Shown here: piece after piece, positions 18,573-27,487 of the stretch | How positions within the stretch are numbered: the stretch's first letter is position 1 | Layout of the letters: each line of letters begins with the position of its first letter | Source of the DNA: Elusimicrobiales bacterium | GTDB lineage: Bacteria > Elusimicrobiota > Elusimicrobia > Elusimicrobiales > UBA9959 | Length of the DNA stretch: 64,000 nucleotides | Assembly: GCA_028713125.1 (NCBI GenBank) | Contig: JAQTOU010000003.1 | Coordinates: 392,703 to 456,702 of the forward strand | Direction: 5' to 3' | Notes under the pieces: generated by a model | The model's database searches: none | What the model was told of the DNA's origin: nothing | What the model saw: only the letters and a program-made list of their open reading frames with translations | Made by a program: the position numbers and the translations under genes

Positions 18573-19643
18573 TTGCAAAAACATCAAGGCCATCCAAGGC
18601 GCCACGGCGCCGTGCCTCCGCCGGTAAAAACGGGCGGGGCCGTCCGGACGCAGGCGGGGGGCGGCGGCTTTTACCGCCTGACCGCGAAACTGCTTCTTTC
18701 CCTGGTGCTGGCCGCTGCCGGCGGCTTTTTTGTCTATTACACCGGGAACAGGCTGCTTAAAAGTTTTGAGCCGCAGCCGGAGCCTAAGAAAGTGGTAGAG
18801 GCTCCCCTTAAGGACGCGGAATGGCTGGCCATGGTGGAAAGCCTGGACAAGGTCTCACGCTCCTACAGGGGCCGGGTCGGGATCTATATTAAAGACCTGG
18901 AAACCGGCAAGACCTGGCTTTATAACGCCGATAAACTGTTCCCGTCGGCCAGCCTGATCAAAGTGCCTATCATGGCCGCGGTCTTTGAAAAAATAAAGCT
19001 GGGCGATTTGACGCTGGATACACAGATAAAGCTGACCAGGCATGAGCGCGTCGGCGGCTCCGGGTCGCTCAAGTGGGTGCGGGACGGAACTTCGCTGAGC
19101 GTGATGGAGATCATCTACAAGATGATCACCGAGAGCGACAATACCGCCACCAGAATGCTGATAGATTATGTCAGCATGCCTTACCTCGACGGCGCGTTCA
19201 AGAACCTCGGGCTTGTTCATACCAATATCACGCCCGAAGGGATGAGCCTTTCTTCCGGCCGGGTGCTGCGCGAGAATTACACTACGCCGCGCGAAATGGC
19301 CTCCCTGCTGGAGCGCATTTACGCTGGCCAGCTGGTAAGCAAGGAATCCAGCGAGTTCATGCTGGACGTGCTTAAGCATACCAAGAGCCGCAGCCGCCTG
19401 CGCAAAGGCCTGCCGCTGGGCTGGGAGATAGGCCACAAGACGGGCCTGCTGCGCAAGTCCTGCCACGACGTGGGAATAGTGTTCTCCCCGCGCGGCGACT
19501 ATGTGATAGCGGTGCTTACCAGCGAAGCCCCGAACTATACGGAAGCCAAGAATTTTATCTCGAAAGTGGCCAAGCTGACCTACAAGTATTACAGGATAGA
19601 CGCCGATTTCGCCGCCCTGCCCGGAGTCCCGGGGGCCGGCTAG
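18573..19643 (+). CDS. Class A beta-lactamase-fold serine hydrolase, membrane-anchored; start codon uncertain
   Basis: SxxK (SASLIK), SDN (ESDNTAT) and KTG (HKTGLL) motifs in the correct order, plus an N-terminal TM helix LLLSLVLAAAGGFFVYY. The ORF-track start is TTG. An in-frame GTG at 18612 is an alternative. There is no ATG before the TM helix. Confidence 0.7.
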   Translation: MQKHQGHPRRHGAVPPPVKTGGAVRTQAGGGGFYRLTAKLLLSLVLAAAGGFFVYYTGNRLLKSFEPQPEPKKVVEAPLKDAEWLAMVESLDKVSRSYRGRVGIYIKDLETGKTWLYNADKLFPSASLIKVPIMAAVFEKIKLGDLTLDTQIKLTRHERVGGSGSLKWVRDGTSLSVMEIIYKMITESDNTATRMLIDYVSMPYLDGAFKNLGLVHTNITPEGMSLSSGRVLRENYTTPREMASLLERIYAGQLVSKESSEFMLDVLKHTKSRSRLRKGLPLGWEIGHKTGLLRKSCHDVGIVFSPRGDYVIAVLTSEAPNYTEAKNFISKVAKLTYKYYRIDADFAALPGVPGAG

Positions 19644-19747
19644 GGGATATCGACAGCGAGCCGGGAGCGGCGCAAGCTCCTCCCGGAGCCTGAAAAAACC
19701 GTTCAGTTTGCACGGCCAGCTGTTTGTTTTCGCCAACAGGATGTATT

Positions 19748-21595
19748 ATGAACAATAAAAAAACCCTCGAACTTCTCGCGCCGGCTAAAGACCTGGCGAC
19801 CGGCATCGACGCGGTCAACTGCGGCGCCGACGCCGTCTATATAGGCGCCGAGCACTTCGGCGCCCGCTCCGCCGCCGGCAATACGCTTGCGGACATCGAA
19901 AAGCTGGCCGTTTACGCCCATAAATACCGGGCGAAAGTTTACGCCGCGGTGAACACCATCTTCACCGACGAGGAACTGCCCCGCGCGCAGAAGCTGATCC
20001 ACGGGCTCTGGAAAGCCGGGGCCGACGCCGCGATCATACAGGACATGGGCCTCCTGGAAGGCGGCCTTCCGCCGATACCGCTCATCGCCAGCACGCAGAC
20101 CCACAATACCACGCCGGAGAAAGTTTTGTTCCTGGAGAAAGCCGGCTTCAAGCGCGTCATCCTCGCCCGTGAGCTCACCCTGGACGAGATAAAGACCATA
20201 AGGGCAAAGACCACCGTCGAGCTGGAATTTTTCGTGCACGGCGCCCTGTGCGTTTCCTATAGCGGCCAGTGCTATCTCAGCTGCGCCCAGGGCGGGCGCA
20301 GCGGCAACCGCGGCGAATGCGCCCAGCCCTGCCGCAAGCTCTATTCCCTCAAGGACGACTCCGGCGAGGTTCTTGCCGTGAACAAGCATCTCCTTTCCCT
20401 CAAGGACCTGAATCTCTCCCGCAGGCTGGGGAATTTGGTGGATGCCGGGATAACTTCCTTCAAGATCGAGGGACGCCTGAAGGACAGGGACTATGTGCGC
20501 AACATAACCGCTTTCTACCGCCGCGAACTGGACAAAGTCATGGCCAAGAAAGGCTATTCGCGCCCTTCGCTGGGCAAAAGCTTCGCCGCTTTCGAGCCCA
20601 ATCCTGCCAAGACCTTCAACCGCGGCTACACGGATTTCTTCCTGGACGGCAACCCCGTGGACGTCGCTTCCCCGGACACCCCTAAATTCGTTGGGGAGCC
20701 GCTCGGGCGCGTCTCCGACATCAAGAGCGGCTCTTTCAGGCTGCATAACTCCGAAAGGCTGCATCCCGGCGACGGCATCACCTTCTTCGACAAGGACGGA
20801 ACTCTGTCCGGCTCGCTGGTGAACGGCGTGAAGGACGGGCGCGTACGCGCCGACAACCTGAAAGGGATGGAGAACGGAACCGACGTGTACCGCAACCTGG
20901 ACAAAGAATTCCTCCGCTCCGTGGAGCGGGACGGCGCAAAGCGCAAGTTCGCGCTCAGGCTGGAGTTTTCCGACTACGAGGGCGGCCTGGAGCTGAAGGC
21001 TTCCGACGAGCGCGGGGCTACGGCCTCGGTGAAGCTGCGAGGCGTCAAGACTCCGGCGGAGAAGCCGGAGGCGGCGCTTGAAACTATAAAAAAACAGCTC
21101 TCAAAGCTGGGCGAGACGGACTTCTACCTGGAGGCGCTCGAGCTGAAGCTTTCCAAGCCTTTCTTCGTCCCGGTCTCGGCGCTTAACGACCTGCGCCGGG
21201 AGGCCCTGGCCGCCCTCGAGCAGGCCTCGGGCCTGGTCCCGGAGCGCGAAGAGGCGCAGATCCTGCCTACCGAACATCCCTACCCGGAAGAAATACTCGA
21301 CCATACCGGGAACGTGCTTAATTCCAGGGCGGCCGCTTTTTATAAACGGCACGGCGTCAAAGAGATCGGCCTGGCGGCCGAGGCCGGCGCCGACCTCACC
21401 GACAAGCCGCTGATGGTAATGAAATATTGCCTGCGCCGCCGCCTCGGGCTCTGCAAAAAAGGCAAGGAGGTCGAGCCTCTCCGCCTTGAAGACACTGAGG
21501 GCCACCGCTTCCGCCTTGAATTCGACTGCGCCCGCTGCGTCATGAAGCTTTATTTCGACAATACAAAGCCGGAAGAAGATGAGACTGAGGAATAG
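19748..21595 (+). CDS. U32-family peptidase-like protein (RlhA/YdcP-size class)
   Basis: Start at the ATG MNNKKTLELLAPAKDL. AVNCGADAVYIGAEHFGARSAAGN motif. Conserved Cys cluster CVSYSGQCYLSCAQGGRSGNRGECAQPCR. Confidence 0.85.
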   Translation: MNNKKTLELLAPAKDLATGIDAVNCGADAVYIGAEHFGARSAAGNTLADIEKLAVYAHKYRAKVYAAVNTIFTDEELPRAQKLIHGLWKAGADAAIIQDMGLLEGGLPPIPLIASTQTHNTTPEKVLFLEKAGFKRVILARELTLDEIKTIRAKTTVELEFFVHGALCVSYSGQCYLSCAQGGRSGNRGECAQPCRKLYSLKDDSGEVLAVNKHLLSLKDLNLSRRLGNLVDAGITSFKIEGRLKDRDYVRNITAFYRRELDKVMAKKGYSRPSLGKSFAAFEPNPAKTFNRGYTDFFLDGNPVDVASPDTPKFVGEPLGRVSDIKSGSFRLHNSERLHPGDGITFFDKDGTLSGSLVNGVKDGRVRADNLKGMENGTDVYRNLDKEFLRSVERDGAKRKFALRLEFSDYEGGLELKASDERGATASVKLRGVKTPAEKPEAALETIKKQLSKLGETDFYLEALELKLSKPFFVPVSALNDLRREALAALEQASGLVPEREEAQILPTEHPYPEEILDHTGNVLNSRAAAFYKRHGVKEIGLAAEAGADLTDKPLMVMKYCLRRRLGLCKKGKEVEPLRLEDTEGHRFRLEFDCARCVMKLYFDNTKPEEDETEE

Positions 21596-22574
21596 TTCTT
21601 TCCAGGGGTTGCTCTGCCTGGCCCTGCTGCTCCCGGCGGCGCAGGGCTGCACGCGGAGACCCGCGGACCTGCCGGCATTGGGGCGTCTTGAAACTTTCGC
21701 CTTCAATCCGGCTTCCTCGCTGGAGGAGCGTATAACCGTCATGCCGCCCGCCTTGCTCGAGCATTACAGGGATTGGGACAAAAGACCTGATTACGGCTCT
21801 TACAAGCCTTCGGCCGCGGATAAGGCTCTGCTGCTCGAATACCTGCGCCTTCTTCCCCCGGTGTATGAAAGGGTCTTTAAAGCGCGCTGTGCCGGGATTT
21901 ATTTCGTTTCCGGTTTAATGGGCAACGGCGTTACCACCTGGGTGATAGGGCCGGAGGATAAGGTGTATTTCAATATCACCTTTAACCCGGCCGTCCTGAA
22001 AGCGGGTTTGTCGGAAACATTGACGCAGAGGGAGCGCAGTTGTTTTATCCCCAGGGCCGGCTGGGATGTGAGGGTGGACGCCGGCACCAGGTATAAAGGC
22101 CTGCTTTACGCCCTTTTCCATGAAGGCACGCACGGCCTTGATTACGCCGCCGGCGTTTCCCCGTTTTGCGACGATACGATGCCTAAATATTACTGGCCCG
22201 GTAAGCCCGTGTCCGGAAGTTACTTTTATAAGGCCTGGAGCGACTATTCGGTACCGCTTAAACGTTCCGATTATCACGGCCGCGACAAGATAACCTTTTA
22301 CGGCCTGGGCGGCGGCCCGAAGATAGACATAACCGAAGCCAAATACGTTTATGAAGGGCTGAAGAAAAGCCCCTTCATGTCTCTTTACGGCTCCAAATCC
22401 TGGGCGGAGGACCTTGCCGAACTCGCCACTTTCGCGATCCTGACCGGAAAGCTGGGGCAACCATACAAGATCCTTATAGTGTACCCGGACAGCCGGATCA
22501 CCCTGGAGCCGCTGAGAGGCGAGGCCGGGGCCAGGGCTGCCGAGGCGCTTTCATACCTGGACAAAGTTAAATGA
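21579..22574 (+). CDS. Lipoprotein with HExxH motif (putative zinc metallopeptidase), family unknown
   Basis: Lipobox LLPAAQGC. ALFHEGTHGLDY (HExxH) with a downstream acidic WAEDLAE. Its start overlaps the end of the U32 gene by 17 nt. Confidence 0.5.
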   Translation: MRLRNSSFQGLLCLALLLPAAQGCTRRPADLPALGRLETFAFNPASSLEERITVMPPALLEHYRDWDKRPDYGSYKPSAADKALLLEYLRLLPPVYERVFKARCAGIYFVSGLMGNGVTTWVIGPEDKVYFNITFNPAVLKAGLSETLTQRERSCFIPRAGWDVRVDAGTRYKGLLYALFHEGTHGLDYAAGVSPFCDDTMPKYYWPGKPVSGSYFYKAWSDYSVPLKRSDYHGRDKITFYGLGGGPKIDITEAKYVYEGLKKSPFMSLYGSKSWAEDLAELATFAILTGKLGQPYKILIVYPDSRITLEPLRGEAGARAAEALSYLDKVK

Positions 22575-23092
22575 CCTTAAGAGCCGAGCTTAACATCAAC
22601 GGCGGTTCCCGCAGGGTCATTATCTTCGGGAATGACGAGGAAACGCCTGACCACCTGGCGCTGCGGCTGGCCGCGGCGGCTCTTTTTTTCGACGGAGAAC
22701 CCGTCGAGCCCGGGCCGAGCGACCACGTGCTGGCCGACATCGGCTTTGTGCCGGACCTTATGGTCCCGGACGGCGTAGGCGGCATAAAGGTCTGGATAGA
22801 GTGCGGCAACGTGGCCGTCAATAAGCTTACCAAGGTGGCCAGGCGCATAAAAGACGGGCGGCTGGTGATCCTTAAAGAAGACGTGCCGAGCGGGGTCAGG
22901 CTGCGCGAAGTCATAAAGAAGGAAATTAATAAAGGCGAGCGCGTAGAGGTCTGGGCCTGGAACAGGGCGGATTTCACACGCTGGAAAGCCGCCCTTAAAG
23001 AGAGTAATTATCTTTACGGCGAGGCTTCCGGCCAATCCCTTAATCTGGTCGTCAATGAAACGGCCTTCAGCGTGGACCTGATCTCCTGCTAA
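22571..23092 (+). CDS. YaeQ-like protein (PD-(D/E)XK-fold family)
   Basis: 173 aa. DHLALRLAAAALFF and GIKVWIECGNVAVNKLTK parallel E. coli YaeQ ERMMLRLLAWLKY and GIDLWIELG...RRIKK. ATGA overlap with the upstream gene. Confidence 0.5.
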   Translation: MTLRAELNINGGSRRVIIFGNDEETPDHLALRLAAAALFFDGEPVEPGPSDHVLADIGFVPDLMVPDGVGGIKVWIECGNVAVNKLTKVARRIKDGRLVILKEDVPSGVRLREVIKKEINKGERVEVWAWNRADFTRWKAALKESNYLYGEASGQSLNLVVNETAFSVDLISC

Positions 23093-23115
23093 GGCCTACC
23101 TTCCCGGTAGGCCTT
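23091..23115 (+). terminator. Hairpin after the yaeQ-like gene (no strong T-run)
   Basis: Stem AAGGCCTACC (23091-23100) / GGTAGGCCTT (23106-23115). Confidence 0.4.
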
Positions 23116-23183
23116 AAGGCACTGGCGGTTTTTTAGCCGCCTAATATAATATACTGAAAGTATATTCCGGGGGAGAAAACTGA

Positions 23184-24632
23184 ATGTCGCCAACTTCAAT
23201 ATTTTTCCGGCTGTTTTTCGCAATTTCTATCCTTACCCTTCCGGGTCGGTCCGCTTTTTGCGCGGGCCCCGTCGCTGAACTGCTTAAGTCCGAGGCGGGG
23301 CCTTTCGAATTTACCCTGCCCCAGCCCTCCAAGGGCCGTCTCGAGAATTCTCCTTTAAACACGGTCCGCGCCGAATGGTTCCGCGCCACCGGTCTTTATT
23401 CCGATAAAGTTTTCAAACCCGCCAAGCAGCAGCGGCTGGACACTAACGGCAGCAAGCTGGTGATGCTGCAGGGCTTCCACTGGTACGCGGACGATTACTG
23501 GTATCACCCGGCGAAGGGCTGGTGGGGCGTGCTGGCCGACAAGGCCGGCGAGGTGGGGAAGGCCGGTTTCGACCTGGTCTGGTTCCCGCCGGCTTCGAAC
23601 GGCAGCTACTATCCGAACCAATGGTACAACGTGGATTCGCAGTGGGGCAAGAAAGAAGAGCTTTTCAAGGCCGTTAAGAACATGCACTCCGCGGGCGTGA
23701 AGGTCATAGCCGACATCGTGGTGAACCACCGCAACGGGACTAAGGACTGGGCCGACTTTACCAACCCCGACTGGCCGACCACGGTCGTAGTAAAGGACGA
23801 TGAATGGCAGGGCGGGGCCAAAAGTCCCAATTACGACGAGGGGCAGGGAGATTCCGGCTGCCGCGACCTGGACCACCGCCAGCAGGTCGTGCAGGACGAA
23901 ATAAAAATTTTTATGCGCTGGATGAAGAACACCGTCGGCTTCGACGGCTGGCGCTACGACATGGTCAAGGGCTACCCGGCTTATTACGTGCAGCTTTACA
24001 ACGAGGCTTCCAGCCCGGTTTTCTCGGTGGGGGAATATTACGATACCAACCGCCAGGACCTGGCCAACTGGGTAAGCGCTACGGACAATACCTCAGGCAA
24101 GATAAACGCGTCCACGGCTTTCGACTTTACTACCCGCTTCAATTTGATCTCCGCGGTGGAGAACGAGCGCTATGAGCTGCTGAACGACAATGGCCGTCCC
24201 TCCGGGCTTATCGGCTGGTGGCCCGCTAAGTCGGTTACTTATGTGGAAAGCCACGATACCTCTCCCCGCGACCCGAACTTCCTGCAGAACGCCTCGGCTG
24301 AATATAAAACCCAGCGCATGATGGGCTACGCCTACATCCTTACGCACCCGGGCATCCCTTGCGTTTTCTGGCCGCATTTCTTCGATTGGGGCTCCGATTA
24401 CCGCAACCGCCTGCAGGCGCTCATTAATATAAGGAAAGCCGCGGGGATCACCTCTACCAGCCGCATGGGGATCCTGGCCGCCACTAATGAGCTGTACGCG
24501 GCCGTGATAGACGGCGATACCAACCGGGTGGTGGTCAAGCTTGGAAAGAACTGGGGCTGGAACCCCGGCGCCGGCTGGACCCTGGCGGCCAGCGGCGAGC
24601 GCTACGCGGTCTGGACGCAGCCGCTGCCTTAA
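23184..24632 (+). CDS. Secreted GH13 alpha-amylase
   Basis: Signal peptide. GH13 regions VMLQGFHWY, DIVVNHR, GWRYDMVKGY, GEYYD and YVESHDT. Confidence 0.9.
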   Translation: MSPTSIFFRLFFAISILTLPGRSAFCAGPVAELLKSEAGPFEFTLPQPSKGRLENSPLNTVRAEWFRATGLYSDKVFKPAKQQRLDTNGSKLVMLQGFHWYADDYWYHPAKGWWGVLADKAGEVGKAGFDLVWFPPASNGSYYPNQWYNVDSQWGKKEELFKAVKNMHSAGVKVIADIVVNHRNGTKDWADFTNPDWPTTVVVKDDEWQGGAKSPNYDEGQGDSGCRDLDHRQQVVQDEIKIFMRWMKNTVGFDGWRYDMVKGYPAYYVQLYNEASSPVFSVGEYYDTNRQDLANWVSATDNTSGKINASTAFDFTTRFNLISAVENERYELLNDNGRPSGLIGWWPAKSVTYVESHDTSPRDPNFLQNASAEYKTQRMMGYAYILTHPGIPCVFWPHFFDWGSDYRNRLQALINIRKAAGITSTSRMGILAATNELYAAVIDGDTNRVVVKLGKNWGWNPGAGWTLAASGERYAVWTQPLP

Positions 24633-24650
24633 ACATATATTCTCTATAAA

Positions 24651-24694
24651 AGCCGCCGGCAGTTCCCTCAAGGGGCTGCCGGCGGCTCTTTGTT
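24651..24694 (+). terminator. Rho-independent terminator after the amylase gene
   Basis: 12-bp stem AGCCGCCGGCAG (24651-24662) / CTGCCGGCGGCT (24676-24687), followed by CTTTGTT. Confidence 0.65.
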
Positions 24695-24697
24695 GGG

Positions 24698-24819
24698 GGC
24701 AAGGGTATGGGTTCGTAGCTCACGGCGTCGGCCACACCGTGGCCGCGCCTCCTCTCTCGGGCTCGGCGCTTACGCAAGCCTCGCCCTCCGAGAGGTCGCT
24801 ACGAACCCATACCCTTGCC
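24698..24819 (+). repeat. 122-nt palindromic intergenic element, copy B
   Basis: 118/122 identical to copy C. Its terminal stem is perfect for 22 bp (GGCAAGGGTATGGGTTCGTAGC / GCTACGAACCCATACCCTTGCC) and is extended by flanking GGG/CCC. Confidence 0.9.
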
Positions 24820-24904
24820 CCCCGTAGCTGTATTGTCTCCAGTTACCCATAGGGCCTATGTGGGTCTGGGCCTACTGGCTTTAAAAATTTGGGCCCTATG
24901 GTTG

Positions 24905-24933
24905 TTGACGAATGTCAACCTGTGCGGTATAAC
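24905..24933 (+). promoter_or_regulatory. Putative sigma70-type promoter of the S1 protease gene
   Basis: TTGACG (24905-24910), 17-nt spacer, TATAAC (24928-24933). SD GGAGGA lies before the ATG at 24967. Confidence 0.5.
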
Positions 24934-24966
24934 ATAGCAGAAGCAAACGAGTGAACTGGAGGAGTT

Positions 24967-25998
24967 ATGAAAAACATCGAAAAAAATATCCTGACCGCCG
25001 CGGCCGCCCTGCTGATGTTGCCCGCGCTTTCTTTCTCGGCCGGCAAAAGCATATATGGCGCTGACAACCGCCTGGACTTCTTCCAGATGTCCGCGGAGAT
25101 GAAAGGACTCTCCAACTCCGTGGTCTCGTTCTGGGAAGCCGCCCAGGTGACGGCCGAAGGCTCCGGCTTCAAGCTTAAGACTTTAAAATACGGCGAGAGG
25201 GATTTCGGCGGCGGCAAGAAGCTCTGCCCCGGCGAAAAATTTGCCGAGCAGGCCATCGGGGCTTTCTGCTCCGGCTCTTTGGTGGGCGAGGACATGGTGA
25301 TGACCGCCGGTCACTGCATAACCAGCGAGGAGCAGTGCGCGGGTACCAAGCTGGTCTTCGGCTTCGCCGTAAATAAGGAAGGCGCGGAGGCCGTGACCAC
25401 CGTACCCGCCTCTGACGTCTACACCTGCTCCAAGATCGTGAAGCGCTTCCTGGCCGGCGAGCCGGGCTCGGACAATCCTACCGGGCAGAACCTCGGCCCC
25501 GACTACGCCCTGATAAAGCTGGACCGCAAAGTGACCGGCCGCAAGCCGCTGCCCGTGAACCGCGGGACCACCCTTAAGAACGGTTCCGGGATCTTCGTAA
25601 TAGGCCACCCCGTTGGCCTGCCCGTGAAACTGGCCGGCGACGCCACGGTGCGCGACTTCTCCAAGATCGGCTACTTCACCGCCGACCTCGACACCTTCGG
25701 CGGCAATTCCGGCTCCCCTGTTTTCAACGCGACTACCAAGAAAGTCGAGGGGATACTGGTTCGCGGCGACAGGGACTTCGAGCTCAGCCCCGCCGGCTGC
25801 GTTACCCAGTCCACCTACGAACAGACCGGCGGCCGCGGCGAGGACGTGACAAAGGTGGGAGTGATCTCCTCCTACATCCCGAGGCTCGCCGGCGAGAAGG
25901 CGGACGACCTTTCCGGGGAAGTTCTGGAAGTCAGGGACATGGATTCGAGCGCGATAAAGCCCGCGGAAGCGGCGCCCAAGTCGGTAACCTTCGACTAA
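24967..25998 (+). CDS. Secreted trypsin-fold (S1) serine endopeptidase, paralog 1
   Basis: Signal peptide. Catalytic triad contexts MTAGHCI (His), DYALIKLD (Asp) and GGNSGSPVF (Ser). Paralogous to 60202-61173. Confidence 0.85.
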   Translation: MKNIEKNILTAAAALLMLPALSFSAGKSIYGADNRLDFFQMSAEMKGLSNSVVSFWEAAQVTAEGSGFKLKTLKYGERDFGGGKKLCPGEKFAEQAIGAFCSGSLVGEDMVMTAGHCITSEEQCAGTKLVFGFAVNKEGAEAVTTVPASDVYTCSKIVKRFLAGEPGSDNPTGQNLGPDYALIKLDRKVTGRKPLPVNRGTTLKNGSGIFVIGHPVGLPVKLAGDATVRDFSKIGYFTADLDTFGGNSGSPVFNATTKKVEGILVRGDRDFELSPAGCVTQSTYEQTGGRGEDVTKVGVISSYIPRLAGEKADDLSGEVLEVRDMDSSAIKPAEAAPKSVTFD

Positions 25999-26025
25999 CG
26001 CTCAAAAGCTGGGCTTAAGAAAACA

Positions 26026-26062
26026 CGCTCCCGGGAAGGCTTCCCGGGAGCGCAGTTTTTTT
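26026..26062. terminator. Bidirectional terminator between convergent genes
   Basis: Stem CGCTCCCGGGA (26026-26036) / TCCCGGGAGCG (26042-26052), followed by CAGTTTTTTT. Confidence 0.75.
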
Positions 26063-27320
26063 ATTCCAGTTCTTCTTTTATGGCCGTCTGGGTGACGGCT
26101 TTTTTGCTGTCTTCTTTAAGGAAGCGGCGGGAGAGCAGGAGGGTGGCGGCGGAGTAGCAGGTGATGGTGATGAGGAAGGGGAGGGTGAAGCCGAAGTCCA
26201 TCTGGAGGCGGCCGCTCAGGCGCGCGGAAAGGGCCGACGAGAGGTTCCAGCCGGCGGTGAAGAGGGCGCTGGCGGCCTGGTGCTGGGAGGCGGGGAAATG
26301 GCTGAGCAGGAAGACGCTGTACACGGGCCAGCTTGCGTTCATCAGCATGGTGCGCAAGAAAGCGGCGGCCACGGTGGGCAGCACGAGGCCGGAGAAGCCC
26401 ATGGTGGCGAGAAATGGGATTGAGAGGGACTGGAAGGTTATCATAGCGCGCACCCGGCCTATGCGGGTGACCAGCCAGGGGCCGATCAGGCCGCCGGCGG
26501 CCATGGCGAGGGGCATCAGGGCCATGAAGAAGCCGAGCTTCGAGATATGCAGGTCGAAGCTTGATTTAAAGAAGATGTTCAGGAACGGCATTATCATCCC
26601 CGCGCCGAAGGAGATTATGAGCTGCGGCGCAAGGACGAGGAGGGCGGGCCAGAGGGCTATGGAGGAGAAGGCTGCCGCGCCGGACTTGTCTTTTGGCGCC
26701 GGCGCCTCCTTGATCTTCAGGGCGGGGAGGCCGGCGGCCAGGAGCAGGGCGCAGGCGGCGAGCATGGTGGCGCGGTAGGCGGCGGCTGTTTCGTCGCCGT
26801 AGGAGAAAGCTGTCGCCCAGAACCCGGTGAGCCAGCCGGAGGCCAGGTTGCCGGCGAAGGCGGCGGTCATTGAGACGGCGAACTGGAAACTGAAGAGGTG
26901 CTGTCTTTCTTTTTCGGCGGTGCTGCGGGCCATGAGCGGCATGGCGGTGATGGCGAACAGGGCGCCGGCGGTTCCGGAGACGAGGGAGAAGAGCATGAGG
27001 GGGGCGCGGCCGGGGAAAACGGCCATGCCGGCCATGGAGGCGAAGCTGAGGGCGAGCGAGGCGAGCAGGCTTTTGCGGGCTGGCAGGGAGCCGCAGAAGA
27101 CGGCGAGGGGGATGGCGAGGGCGGCTATTGAGAGACCCGGGATGGCACCGAGGGTTCCGAGGAAGTCGCGGGTGTAGCCGAGTTTCAGGATATAGAGGTT
27201 GAAGACGAGGCCGAAGATGCTCTGGGCGAAGGACATGAGGAAGGTGAGGAAGAGGAAGTTCCTGGCATTAGGGGAGAAAGCCTTGAACCCGGCGATGTAG
27301 TTTTTGATTAAGGTTCTCAT
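26061..27320 (-). CDS. MFS transporter
   Basis: 12-TM-like hydrophobic profile and MFS-type loops. I chose the ATG at 27320 (MRTLIKNY...), because the GTG-extended ORF-track start at 27341 runs into the repeated 25-nt motif. Confidence 0.75.
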   Translation of the reverse strand: MRTLIKNYIAGFKAFSPNARNFLFLTFLMSFAQSIFGLVFNLYILKLGYTRDFLGTLGAIPGLSIAALAIPLAVFCGSLPARKSLLASLALSFASMAGMAVFPGRAPLMLFSLVSGTAGALFAITAMPLMARSTAEKERQHLFSFQFAVSMTAAFAGNLASGWLTGFWATAFSYGDETAAAYRATMLAACALLLAAGLPALKIKEAPAPKDKSGAAAFSSIALWPALLVLAPQLIISFGAGMIMPFLNIFFKSSFDLHISKLGFFMALMPLAMAAGGLIGPWLVTRIGRVRAMITFQSLSIPFLATMGFSGLVLPTVAAAFLRTMLMNASWPVYSVFLLSHFPASQHQAASALFTAGWNLSSALSARLSGRLQMDFGFTLPFLITITCYSAATLLLSRRFLKEDSKKAVTQTAIKEELE

Positions 27321-27339
27321 GATGAAGAATAAGAACTGC

Positions 27340-27365
27340 ACCGCGAGATGCGAAGTCGGGGGCCT
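27340..27365 (+). repeat. Second copy of the 25-nt flank motif
   Basis: ACCGCGAGATGCGAAGTCGGGGGCCT, immediately 5' of element copy C. Confidence 0.7.
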
Positions 27366-27487
27366 GGCAAGGGTATGGGCCCGTCGCTCACGGCGTCGGC
27401 CACACCGTGGCCGCGCCTCCTCTCTCGGGCTCGGCGCTTACGCAAGCCTCGCCCTCCGAGAGGTCGCTCCGAACCCATACCCTTGCC
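27366..27487 (+). repeat. 122-nt palindromic intergenic element, copy C
   Basis: Same 14-nt terminal inverted repeats. It lies between the stop of the ChaN-like gene and the start of the MFS gene, both on the minus strand. Confidence 0.9.

Noticed and set aside
15969-18605. An 878-aa stop-free ORF antisense to clpC, longer than clpC itself.
   Set aside because: The translation is low-complexity and G/A/L/H/D/E/V-rich, has no motifs, and sits in exact antisense register to a highly conserved gene. Long antisense ORFs are an expected by-product of GC-rich codon bias, because the complements of stop codons are rare codons. clpC has a proper SD and promoter; the antisense ORF has neither.
18573-19643. 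The class A beta-lactamase-fold gene as an antibiotic-resistance determinant.
   Set aside because: The SxxK/SDN/KTG motifs support the fold only. The protein is membrane-anchored, has an uncertain non-ATG start, and lacks any mobile context. Many such proteins are peptidoglycan-related hydrolases, so a resistance phenotype cannot be inferred from sequence reading.
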